Positions 61,436 to 64,000 of a stretch of 64,000 nucleotides of DNA are shown one piece after another. The notes below the pieces were generated by a model. That model was not told the DNA's origin. It saw nothing but the letters and a program-made list of their open reading frames with translations, and did no database searches. A program made the translations under genes and the position numbers. This stretch comes from Laetmonice hystrix (lineage: Eukaryota). Position 1 is the stretch's first letter; every line of letters begins with the position of its first letter. The stretch is from positions 11,904,001 to 11,968,000 of the forward strand of contig OZ249441.1 in assembly GCA_965235115.1 (NCBI GenBank). The letters are read 5' to 3'.

Positions 61436-64000
61436 AAAAATACTGCTGCTGCTGTGACAGTCACTCAAGCCCACATACAGCAATGAGAAATAGATGCTGG
61501 TAGTCTTGTATTAATCACTTCCTCCTGCCTTCTACGGTGTAGGAAAATTTAAGATCGATGGAAATAAAAATATCCATAAAAATTATCATCGTATAGACAA
61601 TTAAAATGTTTGTAGTCATATGCCATGATTTCCCAATTGTAAATGGTATTCTTTGCCAGGACAAAGTATCATACATTGCCTGTAATTGACATGAGAGTAG
61701 ACTTTGTTACATTGACGAATGTTTCATGTTAACATCTGGTGAATGAGTGAAGTGTGTAACGGAGATTTGTGTGACCTTAAGTAATGGAGAATGATTGATA
61801 AGTGAATGAGCACTTCTGGCACAGTGTGCTTAATAATACTGCGACGATGGGCAGAAGCTATGTAGAGAAAGTATAGTTTGTGCGAAAACAAAGAGTGGAA
61901 AAGTATGTTAGAGAAGTACGACAAATGGTATCGGCTGGTTAGACTATCAATTGTGGGAAAGTTGAGTAAAACAGACTTCCCGCAATGACAACAGGCTGTG
62001 AGAATGAACGACTACAACGTATGGGCAATTGAACGTGCTCAAGAATGTGTGATAAGATCAACCGAAGAAATAAATGCCTTGATGCTGAACTGTTACATAC
62101 GATCAAAGATCTGTGAAAGTCCACCTTTGAAAGTGAGTGTAAAAGTCATTCTGTCGTGTTATGACTGTGATAAACACCACTCTACGTGCTTTGGATTTTG
62201 TTTCTCTCGCCTGACAATTATTTTTCTTTCTTCTATCCGAAACCTCTGAATCTTTCTCCTATACAGTAGCTATTGTTTACACCCTGTCTTGGTTGGACTA
62301 ACACAGTGTTGCAGTGGCGGTCGCAACCAAAGCACAACTAAACAAAGGCATTGATTGGATCATTTCACGTCTGACTAAGGTGTCGTTTTATGTCATCATG
62401 TTATTTGTCTACCTTGTCCAGCTGCCTGGCTATGGCTTCCCTTGGTAACATGGCTCTGCCACGGTCCTATGTGGACATCTCCACTTCTGCTATACACGAC
62501 CACATTCACTCCACCAACTGCCCCGTCTCCCCGCCCCAGGAGTATGAGGTCTCGGTATACAGGACCCATTCGGACATAGATTTTAGATGGTGGAGGTTGT
62601 AGATTGGCCAGTACACCGAGGCTAGGAGGGCGGAGTGAGGAACTCTTGCGCAATGTACCACTGGTCCATTACTATGAGATTGTAGAGTGTTTGAATGAAG
62701 GAACACGCTGAGTGAGTGGTGGACCAGTATCCCGGATCTGGGGGTTCAAGTCAGTTATATTACATAAGGGGCCAGACTTAATGTTCCGTCTGTGCAGGGC
62801 ATTGGGAATAATGGTTCAACGCTATCGGGCGTGGTCGTTGGAGTGAATATGGTCAAATCTCTTTAAGTACTGTTTATCAGTCACAGTTCAATACCATCAG
62901 TTAAGCTTTGAATGCAAAACTGTCTGGCGGTTATGAAGACGGACAGAACTGTACAAGCATCTTTCGCAGTACATTTCCGTTGCCTCATACGAGCACAAAT
63001 TAGGAGAAAATGTAGAGAATAGTTGTGTCGAGTTTAATGTATGGTGGAAAATTGTGATATTTGAAAATGTGTGTTTCTTTATGATAGAATGTTAATGTCT
63101 ACCTGGCTAAAATGGAATGGTGGTTATTGGTAATAAATTAAAGTTATCTTCTGTTGTGCAGGATCCTAAACATGCCGATTGAGACATGTTTGGTGTTATT
63201 ATGCACACAAACTTACGTTGTTATAGTTTCAACTTTGACTCATTAGTTCCACACATTGTTAATTTATTTCTAAGCATCCCGGATATCTAATGTTAATAAC
63301 TAATTACCATGAAACAAGTTGAGGTCAGACTATGAATGTAAAAGATGTAATGCTATGCAGGTGGACTCATTCCTATATTATACTATGCTAGAAGTGGTTC
63401 AATCAAACCTTGTTCACAGGCTAGTATAATCACTCTACGTCTATGGTATAATTCACTGCTATAATGAGCAAGATAAGGAAGATATGTAGACACTCATATT
63501 TTTCTAGGGCTCTCACATATATAGGTGTTCGATATTCCCTTCTGTCATGCATGATTTAGTTAAGTTGATGGCGACATTAATGACCAATTCGTTTTAAGGT
63601 GCTATTTATGTCTTCATAGAATTGTTCTCTATATCTATTTGTACAAATCACATGCTCGCGTATGTGTTCGTATATAGAGAGAAGAAAGAGCTATAAATAT
63701 AACGTATTCCTTTTTACGTTCATTAATTAATAATTATATCAATCGTGATTGCATAATTGTTGTCAGCTAGTTTCATCAGAAGAAAGTCATCAGAAATTGA
63801 AAGAGTGATTTTCGAATTGTTAATTTAAAATATTTTTAGAAATGCGAATCCTGTTAGAAGTATTAAAAGGCGTGGACGGTCGATATGTGAAGTAGATGAC
63901 CGGTTGCTATGGAAACTGTGTACATACCGTAATATAAGATCGGAAGACAGCATTTCACACGGTCGTTTGCTCTTTAAGATTTGTTATATAGAGGTGATAA

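Noticed and set aside
62390-62706. GC-richer segment with overlapping ORFs, briefly considered a transposase remnant
   Set aside because: Stops in the best frame and no motif I can name with confidence.

Overview
Eukaryotic, intron-rich, AT-rich genomic DNA from an invertebrate animal (an echinoderm-like deuterostome is my inference from gene content and repeat style, not a verified call). Four spliced genes can be built by hand with phase-consistent exons, arranged <-ASK-family MAP3K | MGST3-> <-ATP5PB | JIP1/MAPK8IP->, i.e. two head-to-head pairs. The MAP3K runs off the left edge: its C-terminal coiled-coil/SAM exons were not found. The rest is introns carrying many short TIR elements (3-bp, TTAA and 5-bp target-site duplications) and six tandem arrays. 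Most notable: (1) an 81-bp minisatellite amplified from the 3' end of a JIP PTB-domain exon plus its splice donor, giving 14 donor copies, of which only the first is in frame; (2) two homologous alternative first coding exons for MGST3; (3) a (CAG)16 tract readable as poly-Ser in the likely JIP first exon and as poly-Gln in an overlapping strong-Kozak uORF; (4) a nest of four MITEs in ATP5PB intron 1, three with perfect 5-bp TSDs. No CRISPR array or intact RNA gene was found. Almost all ORFs in the supplied track are artefacts of unspliced translation. All exon models are from manual reading and lack transcript support.
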